Assembly: GCA_002068775.1 (NCBI GenBank)
Contig: MWAX01000158.1
Location: forward strand, 1 to 37,896
Length of the DNA: 37,896 nt
Reading direction: 5' to 3'
Source of the DNA: Actinobacteria bacterium ADurb.Bin346
GTDB taxonomy: Bacteria > Actinomycetota > Humimicrobiia > Humimicrobiales > Humimicrobiaceae
Shown one piece after another: positions 36,324 to 37,896 of the stretch; position 1 is the first letter of the stretch; each line of letters opens with the position of its first letter. Position numbers and translations under genes: made by a program. A model generated the notes under the pieces. It was not told where the DNA came from. It did not search any database and saw nothing but the letters and a program-made list of their open reading frames with translations.

Positions 36324-37454
36324 TCAGAAATTCTTCCTTACAGCAATTCCAAAAAGGTAGCCAATAAGCTTGGCGGTTTCTGTGTACACCATCATCACAG
36401 GTATAGTAAAAAATATTATTACTTTTATTAAAAAGAGAGGTTTTATTCTCCCCATGTAGTTATTGACTTTTTTATTGTCCAGAAAGTAATTTATTCTTAA
36501 ATAAGGTTTATACATGAAATAGATTATAACCGGCAGAATCCCAAAAAGAATCCAGGGGCTGAACAGTACAGACAGGACAATAAGCAATGCAAAAAAAAAT
36601 AAAGAGGCAAATCTTATAAAATGTCTTATAAAGTACATCCTGCCAATGGCATCACCTTTAGCATAACGGAAAAATTGCCTGAACACCGCCGGAAGGCTGT
36701 TTCGAAGGTTCCAGTAGACCTCAGCTCCGGGATTAAAGTTTATTTTATGGCCTGAATTTATAAGATTAAAATTAAATCTCATATCCTCTCCATAATCCAT
36801 GTTGACGGGATATCCCCCGGCTGAGCGCCATGCTGCCTTTGAAAAACCTATATTTCTGGAGGATGGCATGAAACTGTCCTTTTTTATTTCATCCTTGCGG
36901 GGCATGACGCAAACAGCAAGGCATGCCTGTATAAAATTCTCTATATATGGATAGTTATAACCTCCGGTGACAGTTATTTTGTCCTGCGAAGAATTCTGGC
37001 ATGACGCTATTTCTTCAACCCAGTTATCTGCTAAAATGCAGCCTGCGTCACTGACACATATGAATTCATTTGAGCTATTTTCAATTGCTATGTTTCTTCC
37101 TTCAGATATGCGCGCTCCCTCAACTCTGAAAACCTTTATTGCAGTGACCCCTTTGAAATTATATTCATGCAGTAATTCGACATTAAATTTTTTATCATAA
37201 TCAGGACCGATTCGTACCAAGCCTGGTATAGGGTCAGGTTTTGCTGTGGCATTGCCTGTATCTGAGCTCGAAACCATGCTTATCTTTTCCAGGCAATCTT
37301 TAATAATGTCAGCAGTGCCGTCAGTAGACCCGCCGTCTACAATAATGATTTCGTCAGGAACTCTGGACTGTTTCAGCAGAGTATGAAGGAATACGGCAAC
37401 TGAATCCGCCTCATTATAGAGTGTAGTTATAAAGCTTATTTTTTTATCCTGCAT
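36324..37454 (-). CDS. family 2 glycosyltransferase with C-terminal transmembrane region
   Basis: ISFITTLYNEADSV...IIIVDGGSTDGT and a DAG-containing GT-A core. The last roughly 110 aa are hydrophobic helices. Confidence 0.8.
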   Translation of the reverse strand: MQDKKISFITTLYNEADSVAVFLHTLLKQSRVPDEIIIVDGGSTDGTADIIKDCLEKISMVSSSDTGNATAKPDPIPGLVRIGPDYDKKFNVELLHEYNFKGVTAIKVFRVEGARISEGRNIAIENSSNEFICVSDAGCILADNWVEEIASCQNSSQDKITVTGGYNYPYIENFIQACLAVCVMPRKDEIKKDSFMPSSRNIGFSKAAWRSAGGYPVNMDYGEDMRFNFNLINSGHKINFNPGAEVYWNLRNSLPAVFRQFFRYAKGDAIGRMYFIRHFIRFASLFFFALLIVLSVLFSPWILFGILPVIIYFMYKPYLRINYFLDNKKVNNYMGRIKPLFLIKVIIFFTIPVMMVYTETAKLIGYLFGIAVRKNF

Positions 37455-37473
37455 GATTGCTTACCCTGACAAT

Positions 37474-37896
37474 TCATATCCCTTTGAAATAAAGTTTTAT
37501 CGCTTCACTGCATATAGCAGCCTGGTTTTTATAAAATCTTTTCTGTCCCCTGAAATTTAAAATAAAGAGAAGATAATATGCGATGAGCCGGTTTATTGTA
37601 TATTTAAAATATAAAATACTCAATACCTGGCCTCTGAGCCAGCCGTGGTTTCTTGAAAAATAGATCTTTCTGCTTTTCCAGACCTGTGCTTCCCGAAGAG
37701 CCATGTTGCGCAAAGCAACAGCTCCATCTGAGTGCTTCACTTTATAATCTGCATAATAATAATTAGCATAACCTTTTTTTACAAGCGAAAGGCAGAGCTC
37801 CGCATCCTCACTGTACATAAAATAAGCTTCATTGAATCTGCCGGCTTTTTTAAAGACAGCGCTTTTTATAAGGAGAAAAGCTCCTGAGACCCAGTC
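37474..37896 (-). CDS. family 2 glycosyltransferase, C-terminal part (gene continues past the right edge)
   Basis: The frame is open to base 37896. It reads DWVSGAFLLIKSAVFKKAGRFNEAYFMYSEDAELCLSLVKKGY, the GT2 acceptor-side motif. The ORF track reports only the part from an internal Met. Confidence 0.8.
   Translation of the reverse strand, partial: DWVSGAFLLIKSAVFKKAGRFNEAYFMYSEDAELCLSLVKKGYANYYYADYKVKHSDGAVALRNMALREAQVWKSRKIYFSRNHGWLRGQVLSILYFKYTINRLIAYYLLFILNFRGQKRFYKNQAAICSEAIKLYFKGI

Overview
Low-GC bacterial chromosomal segment with about 36 protein genes, one tmRNA and no tRNA, rRNA, CRISPR array, transposase or integrase that I can see. Only perR-katA lies on the plus strand. From left to right there are four blocks. 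(1) The start of an F-type ATP synthase operon: atpB-E-F-H and the 5' end of atpA. (2) An accessory/stress patch at about 2.4-14.6 kb: an AbiEi/AbiEii pair, divergent perR-katA, a two-gene P1B metal-ATPase operon, a COG2984-type ABC importer and a NodB-type deacetylase. (3) A housekeeping block in Bacillota-like order: ssrA, smpB, ctp, M23 peptidase, ftsX, ftsE, prfB, secA, hpf, csp, comF. The ORF track misses ssrA, the atpA fragment and the first 24 codons of prfB, which needs a programmed +1 frameshift. (4) ahcY-mtnA-NDP-sugar pyrophosphorylase, then a complete fructose-6-P to GDP-D-rhamnose pathway followed by three GT2 glycosyltransferases. I do not see a convincing new multi-gene protein system; every ORF except one 70-aa gene falls into a recognisable family. 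The unexplained signal is non-coding. It consists of a two-part tandem-repeat block upstream of the metal ATPases (10331-10677), a 27-nt element shared by the ssrA and perR upstream regions, AATCCTGC motifs clustered in intergenic DNA, and a small autonomous gene with helical-phase repeats inside the glycan cluster. Protein-level oddities are an ATP synthase delta subunit lacking its N-terminal domain and a CPC-type ATPase with DKTKT in place of DKTGT. All calls come from reading the sequence and recalling family motifs; no searches were run.
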